Shown here in pieces: positions 26,201 through 37,700 of a DNA stretch of 64,000 nt. A program made the position numbers and the translations under genes. Source of the stretch: Antedon mediterranea (taxonomy: Eukaryota > Animalia > Echinodermata); assembly GCF_964355755.1 (NCBI RefSeq), contig NC_092670.1, forward strand, positions 19,206,795 to 19,270,794. The letters are read 5' to 3'. Below the pieces are notes generated by a model. It saw nothing but the letters and a program-made list of their open reading frames with translations, ran no database searches and was not told the origin of the DNA. Position 1 is the stretch's first letter. Every line of letters begins with the position of its first letter.

Positions 26201-28942
26201 ATGTTTTGTCTTTTGTTAAACAATGTAATTTAAATTTTTTATTAGTCTATTCGCAATATAGTTGAGCATTGCGAAAATGAACTACTCTGGTCCCTAGCAA
26301 CTGCTGCTTGCACTTTCATGGAGGAAAACAAAATGTCGAGTGTAACAAAAGAATCGGCACATAACTACAAGAATGATAGCTCAGAGAAGGTAACATTAAT
26401 TGTTATTTAGCTTTTGATTTGCGATGACTGACAACCAAACTACATCATGTTAGTTTATTCATTGTGCACATGCAGGAATATTGGGATGTGTGTCCCCGCT
26501 CCTCACCTCAACACATGTTTGATGGTTTCTAAGTCCAGACAACAACCAACCACACATAGATTAATCTCAGTTGGTCATTGGTCTTCAGTTGCAAATCTCA
26601 AGCTCATTGGTAACTGTGGATATGCACATATCTTTTTTACATGGTATTAACATTAAATACTATACATTACACTGTGACCAGATATCCATGTCAAAACTTA
26701 TAATAATAAGATATTTTGTTTATGAATTAAAACTAAGTTATTTTCAATATTCATTATTTGTGTTTCTAAATTTTCCACAGGGAAGTGTTCACATTCCTGG
26801 AGCTATGTATCTTTCGGTCAAATTTGATGAACAGTGTGCGACGGAAGAAGGGTGTGATTTCCTGACGATGGCATCTGATGTAAAGATGAAGAATGACATC
26901 CGTACATTCAGTGGAGGATCATCCAACTTTGTCAACTTTGAAATGCCAGGTCTGTTTTTGGTAGCAATTTTCAGAATAATTTCAACAGAACCTCTTTAAT
27001 ATAAATGTAGAATGTTGTTCTAGTGTTGTTCTAGTATCTTGTGCCTCTTAGGAGTTGAATCTTTTCTTTTTGCTAGGCTTGTGTTTTTAGCATGTCCACG
27101 CAGGATCAGTTTTCACTCTTGAGTTCTGGCAATGTTTTCTTCATAAACTAGTGGTGTTTCCTTCATTTTCTTTGCAGGTGACACACTTCACTACAGCTTC
27201 ACCTCTGATTGCAGTAACAATGATTGGGGCTACAAGTTTACAGTCACAGGAGGTCAGCTGGGTCGATTCATTACAGGTCACATTCTGCTCAATGAAATCC
27301 TTAGCAACTCGTCTAAAGCCAGGCAAGTTCTCAGTATGTGTATACAGTAGCTGCAATTACAGTATCCCACATATGTTAAGCTCTGTTTACACTATCAAAC
27401 TACTGTAGTTTGACAAAAAAAGGTGTTATGTGCCCAAATATGGTAGTGATATGACATCATGTCGATATATGGGAACATCACTTTTTTTTGTCTCATTAAT
27501 TTGATAGTGTAGACAGAGCTTTAAAAATCTTCTAGTGTTCAAACAGTTTTGAATAAATCTTTTTATTGTAATTACAGTCACATTCCTGTGAATGAGGTGT
27601 GGTCATGGTTGGTCCATGTTGCAAGTTGTCAAACTGGACAGCAGAGGCTAAAAGCAATTCAACTAATGCTAAGGTTGTTGCAAGCTGCTACATCAAGGTA
27701 AGTTTGATAATATTTGATAAAGATCTGTCTACACTATCAAATCCAAGTGATATGACATCATGTTCACATTAAGTTTGATAGTATAGACACAGCTTAACAT
27801 TAATACCCTGAGCTTTCAATAACAGGGTACTTTTGATTTACTATGACATACAGTAGTACCTATGCATTAATTTGTGGCCTGTTCCTAGAAATCACTAAGG
27901 AATAGAGCAAGGAGTCACATCCCAACTTCCCTGCCTGTGCATAATAAATGTACATGACTTAGTAGACTCATGAATTATTCATGACTAAGATAACATTTCA
28001 TTTGCAGCTGTGAAGATGGTGCATCACAGAAAGTAATGGAGTTACCAGATCTCACCTTATTGAAGCCGCTTTGGGTTTTGTTGAATGCCATGGATTCTAA
28101 GCAGTCCGATACCTTGAAGTGCCTGCCACCTGCACACTGTGCTCTCACGGAGCTGTTCCTGGTGGTGGAAGACCTAGCTAAGGTAAGTGATACTTTGGTT
28201 TTTAAATCTCTGTCTACACTATCAAACTAGTTTGAAAAAAAAATTGTGATGCACCCAAATATGGTATGATATGATGTCATAATGGCACATCACACAAACT
28301 GGTTTGATAGTGTAGACAATTGAGCTTAGACCCCAATATCCTACTTCGATGATTAATCTACATACTGATGTAGATGCTGTACCTCTCAGCAAACCCTGGT
28401 TATGTGATTGGGGAGATCTGTATTACTAATTTGATGTATGGTTAAGGCAGCTTTTTCTAAATCTCACATATTTCCTCATCACCATTTACAGTTAATTAAT
28501 TTACACTATATCACTGGAAGGTATGACATTTCTCTAATGCCTGTCAAATTATATTTACAGTATATGTATATTATTTTTTTCTCAGGAGTCATCTGAAGAA
28601 GATTATGTTTTAGCAATGATACCTACAGAAGATTTGCGAAAAAGTGCTCTTCAGGTGAGAAATACAAACAAAACAAGAATATTGAATTAGTTTGTAGTAT
28701 GAGGTAAATTTCAGACACATTATTGAACTAAAAACGTTATTATTTTTAATAATAAAACAAACAAACAATTATTTTTGGTCATATAGGGTGTGTGCAATGT
28801 TGCTTCTTTGGGCCTAGCTTTAGGCATACCAAACAAAGCATCTGAGGCGTTTCGGCAGATGGGACTCGTAGTTGGACAACCTCCTCTATTTCAGACACCT
28901 CTTATGCCATTTCCTGTTAATAACTTCATCAACAAACCGTGA
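2297..28942 (+). CDS. ZZEF1: Zinc finger ZZ-type and EF-hand domain-containing protein 1 (many short exons)
   Basis: Starts MMGSNGSS (2297). EF-hand-like exon AFDQFDADDEG (4023). DOC/APC10 domain TYWQSDGATGSHWIRLRLK...GCDTRIHGLK (5.7-6.3 kb). CUB-like segments ESSHNY...FDPRCETE/FHSDSS (13.8-14.2 kb) and again at 26.3-27.3 kb. Two ZZ fingers (CDGC...YHCLDCEDMDLCNTCY ~18.75 kb; CNNC...CNDCEDFDLCYGC ~19.4 kb). Last exon 28787-28942 GVCNVASLGLALGIPNKASE...KP*. Confidence 0.92.
3011..3141 (-). mobile_element. 3' fragment of the same Helentron/HINE-like element
   Basis: Reverse complement matches ~54234-54364. Confidence 0.75.
4805..4937. mobile_element. hAT-like MITE
   Basis: Ends CTGGCGTAA...TTACGCTACTG with 8-bp direct repeat CTGATACT (4797-4804, 4938-4945). 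Confidence 0.65.
5929..6080. mobile_element. Harbinger-like MITE copy
   Basis: Family sequence; begins right after the donor GTAA. Confidence 0.75.
6561..6721. mobile_element. PIF/Harbinger (Tourist-like) MITE, representative copy of a family with ~21 copies in the window
   Basis: TIR AGCTCTGTCTACACTATCAAACT, internal ATATCACTACCATATTTGGGC repeats, TTA/TAA 3-bp target duplication (TTA...TTA here). Confidence 0.85.
7349..7662 (+). mobile_element. tRNA-derived SINE with Deu/Nin-like central domain (full copy)
   Basis: A box TGGCCGAGCGG, B box GGTTCGAGGCT; core CTTCTCGGATAAGGACTATAAACCGTAGGTCC...TTAAAGAACC...GAGTAGGGGGTTA..CCGGTGT; AT-rich tail. Near-identical copies elsewhere in the window. 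Confidence 0.85.
8131..8286. mobile_element. hAT-like MITE
   Basis: CAGTGG...CCACTG ends, flanked by CTAGTATT / CTAATATT (7/8 identical). Confidence 0.6.
8904..9040. mobile_element. Harbinger-like MITE copy
   Basis: Both TIRs present. Confidence 0.8.
9420..9560. mobile_element. Harbinger-like MITE copy (degenerate)
   Basis: Family internal repeats and right TIR. Confidence 0.7.
9870..10135 (+). mobile_element. Diverged SINE of a related subfamily
   Basis: GTGGCCGAGCGGTTAAGAC head, TGGTGGTAGAAC, GGTCCAGTGTGCACT, GAGTAAGGGGTTACCCCAGTGT, with a different 3' part. Confidence 0.65.
11272..11397. mobile_element. Harbinger-like MITE copy
   Basis: Both TIRs present. Confidence 0.8.
13407..13484. 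mobile_element. Harbinger-like MITE, internally deleted
   Basis: TAA-AGCTCTGTCTACACT...TGTAGACAGAGCT-TAA. Confidence 0.75.
14925..14993 (-). mobile_element. Truncated SINE fragment
   Basis: Reverse complement GGTCGAGGCCAACTCACTCC...GTGGTGGAACGGATAAGGACTAAACCATAGGCTCAGTGTACAC matches the SINE consensus. Confidence 0.6.
16154..16313. mobile_element. Harbinger-like MITE copy
   Basis: Both TIRs, TTA duplication. Confidence 0.85.
17069..17322 (+). mobile_element. SINE copy with internal deletions
   Basis: Same head, core and 3' end as the 7349 copy; (AAT)n tail. Confidence 0.8.
18422..18604. mobile_element. Degenerate pogo/Tigger-like MITE family (CCCCTATTAAGGGGACAC motif); other copies at ~5342-5640, 11015-11070, 19145-19298, 45472-45546
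   Basis: Recurrent AAGGGGACAC / CCCCTTAATAGAGGTGT motifs and TACAGTAG...CTACTGTA-type ends. Confidence 0.5.
19820..20115. mobile_element. Harbinger-like MITE interrupted by ~160 bp of unrelated sequence
   Basis: Left half 19820-19891, right half ~20058-20115. Confidence 0.7.
22015..22177. mobile_element. Harbinger-like MITE copy
   Basis: Both TIRs present. Confidence 0.8.
24474..24620. mobile_element. Harbinger-like MITE copy
   Basis: Family sequence. Confidence 0.78.
25173..25489 (+). mobile_element. SINE full copy
   Basis: Nearly identical to 7349-7662; (AAAC)n tail. Confidence 0.87.
27379..27520. mobile_element. Harbinger-like MITE copy
   Basis: Both TIRs, TTA duplication. Confidence 0.82.
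27721..27794. mobile_element. Harbinger-like MITE, internally deleted
   Basis: TIRs with TAA duplication. Confidence 0.7.
28205..28325. mobile_element. Harbinger-like MITE copy
   Basis: Family sequence. Confidence 0.75.
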
Positions 28943-29080
28943 TAACAGTAAATACTCCCAAATTTTTTTATAATTATTTTATCTAGATATGTTCATTTAT
29001 GCTATTATTTTGTGTAGTATTATATTGAGTAGCACGTACCTCATCTTAAATGCTCCTTGTACACCATCTGCTACTCCTTA

Positions 29081-29215
29081 AGTTCTGTCTACACAAACTT
29101 GATGTGCACATATATGGACATGATGATGCCATATCACTACTATATTAAGCATATCACTACCATATTTGGGCACATCATACTTTTTTTGTTAAACCTTTGT
29201 TAGTGTAGACAGAGC
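29081..29215. mobile_element. Harbinger-like MITE copy in the ZZEF1 3' region
   Basis: Family sequence. Confidence 0.75.
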
Positions 29216-29902
29216 TAGCTATAGGCTCACCAAAACCACAATTTTCAAATACAGTATGTTTTTTGTGGGCTTATTGTTTCAAATCATGCTTTAAAAAAAA
29301 CATTAAAAAAAGGAATCATTGAATAAAATTAACTAAAAATTTAACCTAATAATTTATTTTTCCCAGGTGAAAGTTCACAACAAAATATGTTTGATTGATT
29401 GAGATGGATGAAAATGAAGATATTATGATCCACAATGTTCACACATCAAATATTGCATTTCTGCAATGCTTGTCCAACTGACAGGTAGTATAGATAATAG
29501 CCTTAATTATGGTAGGTTTATTTTGCCATGTACAGATAATGCTAACAGGTACATTCTTAAGTATCACCACTGGTTCACTCTAGGCCAGTCTGACTCTAAT
29601 ACTTAATTCTTATGTAGTAATGTGTCATTGGTAATTAACACTATTCTTTTTCTGCGGTGTAGGGAAAATATGAAATGATTTTATTAGTAATAATGAGTAA
29701 ATATTTTACATAAATAATGTATTAAAGTTTGTATAGATCACTGATATAAAATAGGTATTAATTATAAATTGAAACTAATTATTTTATTTAACATTTGTAA
29801 TGTTAAAAATGCAAATATGTTGCATTGGACACTTGCAAGAATTCATTCGTTCTAGGAAAGATACAGAATAAATTTATTCATCAATATGTAGTAGTATATC
29901 TT

Positions 29903-29990
29903 ATCTGGACATGATGATGTCATCACTACCATATTTGGGCACATCACCTTTTTTTTGTCAAACTAGTTTGATAGACTTGTAGACAGAGCT
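29903..29990. mobile_element. Harbinger-like MITE, right half
   Basis: Family sequence and right TIR. Confidence 0.7.
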
Positions 29991-31623
29991 TTATACTATA
30001 ATTTCCCAATAATATTACACAGAGTTTTCAAATGTGTTGTTCATTTGTTTTCCAAATATGAAACATATTTAAAGTTTATCAAAAATTTTTTTTTGTTTTA
30101 TCGTCAACTGTGTATTATATGCAAATCATGTTATACAAATCGTATACATTAGTAAACAATCATGAATATGCATAACTTGATAACATTTACTTAATAAATT
30201 TATATTTCATTTTTTATTGGTTTTAAATGAATAGTATTACATGGTTTTGTGCGAAAATAAATTCAAAATTTAAACAAATGTTACAATGATATAGTTTTGC
30301 TGAAACAATTGATTTTTCTTGTAATTTTGAGTCGGCCAATGAGCTGTAACAGAAACAACAGAATTCCGCAAATCCTTGTCATTGATCCACGATTGTCTGA
30401 CAACAGCTTGAGAAGGCGAATGGAGCATTTATATTTTTGTAATTGTATCCTTATTTTTTGTTATTATCAACAAGAAAATCGCACTACTTGAATTACTTGA
30501 ATCCAGATGAAATTATTTCAAAATTTAGATATAGAAAACAAAATGCAAGATATTTTCATAAGAAACATGCTTTTAATTCATTCTCTCATCTCTATGTACA
30601 ATTCAAACAACACCTAAAATGCACACATGCAAAAAATAATCAGACCTGCTGAACAAAATTGCCAGAATCACAAACTACATCACTTTACTTATGTATCCTG
30701 GCAACTAACACTTTCATAGTAACCAGAAGTACAACCATAGCAACCACCACACACAAGAATTGATTACATTAAAACATTTGTGCTTCTAACCAACTTGACA
30801 AAAAATGATTAAATATTACTCACAACCTGTGGAAAATATTTAAATTTAATAAATAAAAGGTTAATTATTCATCACTGTACACAGTTACTTGTTTATATTC
30901 TTCCAAAATTATGAATTTTGTATTACTTATTTTATATAAAAGTTTTCTAGACCTTGAGTTTGTGAAAGACACAACATTTTTTTTCTACAAAATTTCTAAA
31001 ATAAATCATGGGAAACACACACTACATACTTAAAATATTTACATATAATTTATCATAATTAGCTGTTCTTTTCAAACTTTATGTAAATAATTACTTTAAT
31101 ACCAGTATATTTGTCAAGTAAATATTAAATTTAAATCAGTACGCATTTACATTGAAAACAACTTCTTCAAAATGTTTCAATTAATATCAAACTCTTAAAT
31201 TATTATTAGTAAATGCCAATATTTTCATACAAAACAGTAGGCTACTTTTATAGTAAAACCTATATAATGTATGATTTTGATTTTGTTAAAAAAATATCAC
31301 AATTTAAATTTCATTTGAAAAAGGCTTTACAAATTTTAATATTGCATATCTGTGAATTTTGTTATTTACTTTTAAAAATGTAAAATTTATTTAATTTCAA
31401 TTTATTCAAAATGGAGTGTATTAGTAATAACTAATAAATAACCCCGTAATTTAATTCTTCAAACAGAATGCTGGACATTTTTTTAATAGAAAACTTGTAT
31501 AATATTATTGGCAAGATATATACAGGACAAATTTAATTTTATTTACACCTCAAAAGTTTTTAAAATACTCAAAGTCAATAGTACACATCATGTATGTTTA
31601 AATATATCAAATTATAATCATTT

Positions 31624-33046
31624 TTATATACTAATTTGAATATAGTCAATATCATTTGCTGGTATTTGCGAGTCCATTTCATCTCCTGCCATTCGAAACG
31701 TTATGCTCATGTTGTACGGGATGTTAATGGTACCGTTGCTGGCATTCCATAACCAACCGGTACCACCACGTTGCAGCATTGACACAGAAACCTTCAAAAA
31801 TTGGAAAAAATATCTTAAAGATTCTACCAAAAACAATATGCAACAAGTGCATGTCATGAAAAGCTTAGATGAAGTTATAGAATGATCTATATTTACCTGT
31901 GGTGTATACCCAAGTATCGCCCAAAGCGTTGCCGTGATTGTGTTACGTTGATGAACAAATTGCAACTTTTCAGTTTCTTTCCGATTCGGTGCAATTTGGC
32001 TGCCGCTTTTAAAATCCCCTACTAATTGCTTTCCCCCATTTAGTTGTATCACATCCCATGTACCAATGGACTTTAAAACGGTCCTTGCACACTCCATTGT
32101 ACTATACGATAACTGGCCTACAATGAGAAAATAATGAATGAATTAATGAATGAACAAACATACACTTCTAAATTTAAGGAGCTTATGAAATTATCCATAA
32201 ACATATTTTAAATGTTTAAGACCTTAAAAGTTTTAAAGTGAAAACAATTATTTTGGATGGATTCCAATGTATCTGGTAAACATAAAACAATTGAATGAAA
32301 AACAAAACAAAGCTATATGATTCTTATACCTGAAACAAATCCGGGTATAATAGCGTCTCTTAATGTCGATAAATATGTAAACTGAAACGATTCCAAAAAC
32401 TGATTATATCGCTCTGGCAAGATCACCTCCTTTAATGATGCTATGTCATCGGGCAAGCTTACACGATCATTCATAAACACAACATACGAATGAAACACTT
32501 TTGATGGTAAACAAACGTCTTTACGTATTAAGTGATTGCGTAACAGATTTGCTCGAAGCTTGAGTTTGTCGAGGACATTGTCATGTTTTAAATCGTATTC
32601 AATGGTGGCGTGTCCAGAGGTTTTGTCGTTTTTATGTTGAATCCAGCTTTTTCCATCATTACTCACTCGTATAGCTCCAGACCAATTTTTCACTTCGATG
32701 ACATATATTCCATTTCCTGTTAAAACAAATTTTTTTGGAAACATTTTTTTTTTAAATAGGACAAAACTTTATACTGTACTTAATAAAATGACCAGAAGAA
32801 GAGATTTGATAGATTCACTCCCATACCTGTCAAAACAACCAAATCAATCTCATGTTTTCTTGTTTGAAATTCATCTGGTACGCGCAAGCCACAAAATACG
32901 TCGCCTTTATTCACACCACGTTTCTCTAAAGCAGAGAGGAAACTTTTCTCTGCATCTCTGCCGACTTGGACATGAGCCTCTTCTGAGTGTACTTTAGGTG
33001 AGCTGACATGCTCAGCTTGGACCAACCGATTCCTTACGTTAAACAT
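31624..33046 (-). CDS. NERD (nuclease-related domain, PD-(D/E)XK-like) protein with C-terminal hydrophobic segments; 3 coding exons
   Basis: Exons 33046-32827, 32716-32330, 32117-31624 with GT-AG edges. Motifs GRDAEK, HEIDLVVLTG-NGIYVIEVKNWSG match the NERD signature (G..E; EID; IEVKxxxG). Confidence 0.8.
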
Positions 33047-34019
33047 TGAAGTTGGTTTTAAAACTCTTTGCTGAAAAAAAAGTTTGAAAGTGGTATGTAT
33101 TTTTATTTATATACTTCCAGCTGAAACACTCTTATCTTTCTGCTCAATTAGTCACCATAATCACCCCTTTTCTTTTTACCTGAAAAATTATTATAAAGAA
33201 TTATACATATAAAATAATAGAGTATGTTTTGTAATGTGCCAAATACCTATTTTATATTAACACTCTTATATTCACTGTACCGTATTAATACATTAAAAAA
33301 TGTTTTACTTTATTTTAAGCTACTTGGGATATTACATAAGTGTTGTGACAATAATAATTATGGTGACCACAACATCCTAATTTACATAATGTACATGACG
33401 TCATCGATCAAGGACAAAACAATGGAACGGTTGTTTTTAAAGTCATGATAAGGTAGTAGGCAGTGTAGAGCGGCTACACGTAACCCGCAAAATCTAAAAC
33501 CTTTATATAATCAATGAACAAGAAGCCATGTTATGATAAACTGTCAAAATACTGTCTACAATTCATCGTTACATCATCACCCACAAAATTAGAAATGACG
33601 ATTTTGTCATCCGGATAAAACATCCCGTTTCTTGAAATTTATTGAATGTTTGCTAGTGTAATACGACCTAAATAAACAATAATACATTTCTTACCTAATA
33701 ACATAATAAATATCTAGCATAAATACACGTAAAAGCATAAAATATCAAGACAATTGCAATGTTTTGGTCAGCTCCAGATGTAAACAAAGACACATTGCGC
33801 AGTTAGTTTATCAGCTGTAACAAAATGTAAACAATAAGCTCGTTTCAAGCTTCAATATAAAATAAAATTTTAAAAAATAAGAACCTATAATAATTATAAG
33901 TATTTAAATATGCTATAGTCAGAAAATAAAATTATTTATTACATGGTTTTTTAATTAAAAATATCTTTGAAAAATTGCTTTGAAATTAATAAAATACTAA
34001 CATTAAAAAAAACATTTAC

Positions 34020-34090
34020 AGGTGTGGCGCGAATCACAATTCGCCATCAAAACAAGAAGTCCGCGAAACGTGAAATCTATTTGGTTGGCC
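34020..34090. promoter_or_regulatory. Putative POLD2/NERD divergent promoter with E2F-like sites and an inverted CCAAT-like box
   Basis: GGCGCGAA (rc TTCGCGCC) at ~34026, CCGCGAAA at ~34061, local CpG enrichment between divergent genes. Confidence 0.5.
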
Positions 34091-34729
34091 TAGTCGTTAC
34101 ATTACAGCTAACTGTATGTTTTTATTAAAAATGGCATAATTACTATATCTAATAATCTTTTTAAATATATAATGACTACTTAATTATGCAATACAGAAAT
34201 TTAAATTTTCACATTCATAAACCTTATTAAACGCTTTAATTGTTTAGAATGATCACTTCCTCTAGATTCGTTGAAAAGGTAGTCACCGACAAAAAAGCAT
34301 CCTGGCACTACATGTTATGTCTGTCGCCTACTATCTATCAGGCCTAGCTTATATGGTGCTGTAAAGATGTGCCTCAAATACCAACATACTCTTCATATAA
34401 ACAAAATATCCTGTTTATTTGTACTGCAATATTAATTAATGTATTTTTTTGTGTAATAAATGTTTATAATATTTAATTAGGCCTAGTTTCTAGCTAGTTA
34501 AGTTAGGCCTATCATCTAGGCCTATCTTAATATTCCAATTTTATATATATTATATTTATTGTTTATATTCTGTATTGTAAGTAGTGAGGGTTTCCGGCTG
34601 ATGAAATGCGAGGTAAAATAAATAAATTCATCATTCACTACTATATGCATAATCATAATGTAGATTCATGACTGGCAAGCATAATTTGAAATCATTAAAA
34701 AACATTTTTTTTTTGTTAGGTGAATCAAG

Positions 34730-37700
34730 ATGTCAGAATTAATGTGTAATCCGACAGAGGAGCAATTAAAACTATCGAGAGGAACAAGCAATTATCATAG
34801 TCATTGTGACCAGTTCATCATCAAAGATCGCAACTATAGTCGGCAATATGCGCATTTATACGCACAGCGACTTAAATGCTTTTATCCAACACTTGAAAAA
34901 ACAATCCAAAGAAAATGGGGTAATAATTTAATTTAACTTGCAATTTTTGTCATTAACAATTTTTATTTTTATACTATGAAATGTACATTTTATAATGTTT
35001 TTGTTTTTTCTTTCAGGAAATAGTATTAATATTTGTAAACTGTTTGAATTAAAAAAAGGTGAAAGGTGTTGTGTGATAGGAACGATATTCAAAAGTATGG
35101 AGTTACGTCCAAATATCCTCAAAGAAATCAGTGATGAGGTATGGCATTTGTCAATCTATTAAATATAATATAGAGATACAATATCCATATACCCTTATAA
35201 TCATAAATCAACTCACTATGCCCAATAGACAAAAAACTCCCAATACCTGGCAGCCTTGGGCTGGCCTAATTTCTAGTATTACGAATTGTTTTTAATCGTA
35301 TAACAACATTTGTACCTTAGCTATACATACAGGTATATTTATAACTATAAATCAAACAGCTGAATAAGATAGATAGAAAAAATCAAACAAGTTAAAACTG
35401 CCTCAATATAAATTTATTGTTACAACATGTTTCAAGCATAGCCCATCATCTGGTGAAGAGAATTGCAACAAAGGATAACATATATCAGTCAAAAAAATTA
35501 CATAATAAACAAATCAGCCAGTCAAAAATGTTAAACAAATCAAATTAAATCATTCGCTATTTAAGTTTTGGCCTTTATCTATTTATAACATACTTTTTTA
35601 TATTTTAGCATAATTTAATGCCACAGCCAAGCAGAGAAAAATACATAAGTGACTCAGACACACTTATTTTAGAAGATGATTTGCAACGAATATCATTGGT
35701 CGGAAACATTGATGTATCCAAGGCAGTCATAGGTAAGAGTATGTCATGCTGCATGACTAGTTTGCTGACAAATTTAACTAGACATGGATTGTCTGTCTTC
35801 TGATATAAGCCGGTTTTTTACAAACTTAACATGTACAGGCCAAATCAGTGAACAATAGAGTATTCTAGATTGACCTTTTTTTTTCATTTTAGGCACAATT
35901 GTAGCTGTTTTAGGAAAAGAAGACAGTTCAAGTAAATTTGAAGTTGAAGATATTACATTTGTAGATCTACCATCACAAATACCAGCTACTCCACCAGAGC
36001 AAGATAGGTAAGTTGGAATGGAGTCAAGTTACTATTACTTTAACTTTTAGATTGTTTCATTCTCCAAAACATAAAAATGTACATATATATAAATGAGGGA
36101 CCCATGGCAGTCACACTGCTGCATCTACCATGATCAGTACACCAGGCAACATTTCCCTACTCTTTTCGAATAGTTTACCAATCATAGTACATCCTATCTG
36201 AAGGATGAGGCAATGAGAGTAAAGCATCATGCATAAGGATAGAAGCACAGACACATCTCTCACATTTCTTCTCTCTTTATCATTATACCATAGTCATAGA
36301 AGCACAGACACATCTCTCACATTTCTTCTCTCTTTATCATTATACCATAGTCATAGAAGCACAGACATGTCTCTCATATTTCTTCTCTCTTTATCATTAT
36401 ACCATAGTCATAGAAGCACAGACACATCTCTCACATTTCTTCTCTCTTTATCATTATACCATAGTCATAGAAGCACAGACATGTCTCTCATATTTCTTCT
36501 CTCTTTATCATTATACCATAGTCATAGAAGCACAGACAGGTCTCTCACATTTCTTCTCTCTTTATCATTATACCATAGTCATAGAAGCACAGACAGGTCT
36601 CTCACATTTCTTCTCTCTTTATCATTATACCATAGTCATAGAAGCACAGACAGGTCTCTCATATTTTTTCTCTCTTTATCATTATACCATAGTCATAGAA
36701 GCACAGACAGGTCTCTCACATTTCTTCTCTCTTTATCATTATACCATAGTCATAGAAGCGCAGACAGGTCTCTCACATTTCTTCTCTCTTTATCATTATA
36801 CCATAGTCATAGAAGCACAGACAGGTCTCTCATATTTCTTCTCTCTTTATCATTATACCATAGTCATAGAAGCACAGACAGGTCTCTCACATTTCTTCTC
36901 TCTTTATCATTATACCATAGTCATAGAAGCGCAGACAGGTCTCTCACATTTCTTCTCTCTTTATCATTATACCATAGTCATAGAAGCACAGACAGGTCTC
37001 TCATATTTCTTCTCTCTTTATCATTATACCATAGTCATAGAAGCACAGACAGGTCTCTCACATTTCTTCTCTCTTTATCATTATACCATAGTCATAGAAA
37101 CACAGACACACATCTCTCACATTTCTTCTCTCTTTATCATTATACCATAGTCATAGAAGCGCAGACAGGTCTCTCACATTTCTTCTCTCTTTATCATTAT
37201 ACCATAGTCATAGAAGCGCAGACAGGTCTCTCACATTTCTTCTCTCTTTATCATTATACCATAGTCATAGAAGCACAGACAGGTCTCTCACATTTCTTCT
37301 CTCTTTATCATTATACCATAGTCATAGAAGCACAGACAGGTCTCTCACATTTCTTCTCTCTTTATCATTATACCATAGTCATAGAAGCGCAGACAGGTCT
37401 CTCACATTTCTTCTCTCTTTATCATTATACCATAGTCATAGAAGCACAGACAGGTCTCTCACATTTCTTCTCTCTTTATCATTATACCATAGTCATAGAA
37501 GCGCAGACAGGTCTCTCACATTTCTTCTCTCTTTATCATTATACCATAGTCATAGAAGCGCAGACAGGTCTCTCACATTTCTTCTCTCTTTATCATTATA
37601 CCATAGTCATAGAAGCACAGACAGGTCTCTCACATTTCTTCTCTCTTTATCATTATACCATAGTCATAGAAGCGCAGACAGGTCTCTCACATTTCTTCTC

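Noticed and set aside
29300-31600. Short ORFs between ZZEF1 and the NERD gene
   Set aside because: Very AT-rich UTR or intergenic sequence with no recognisable protein motifs or consistent splice structure.
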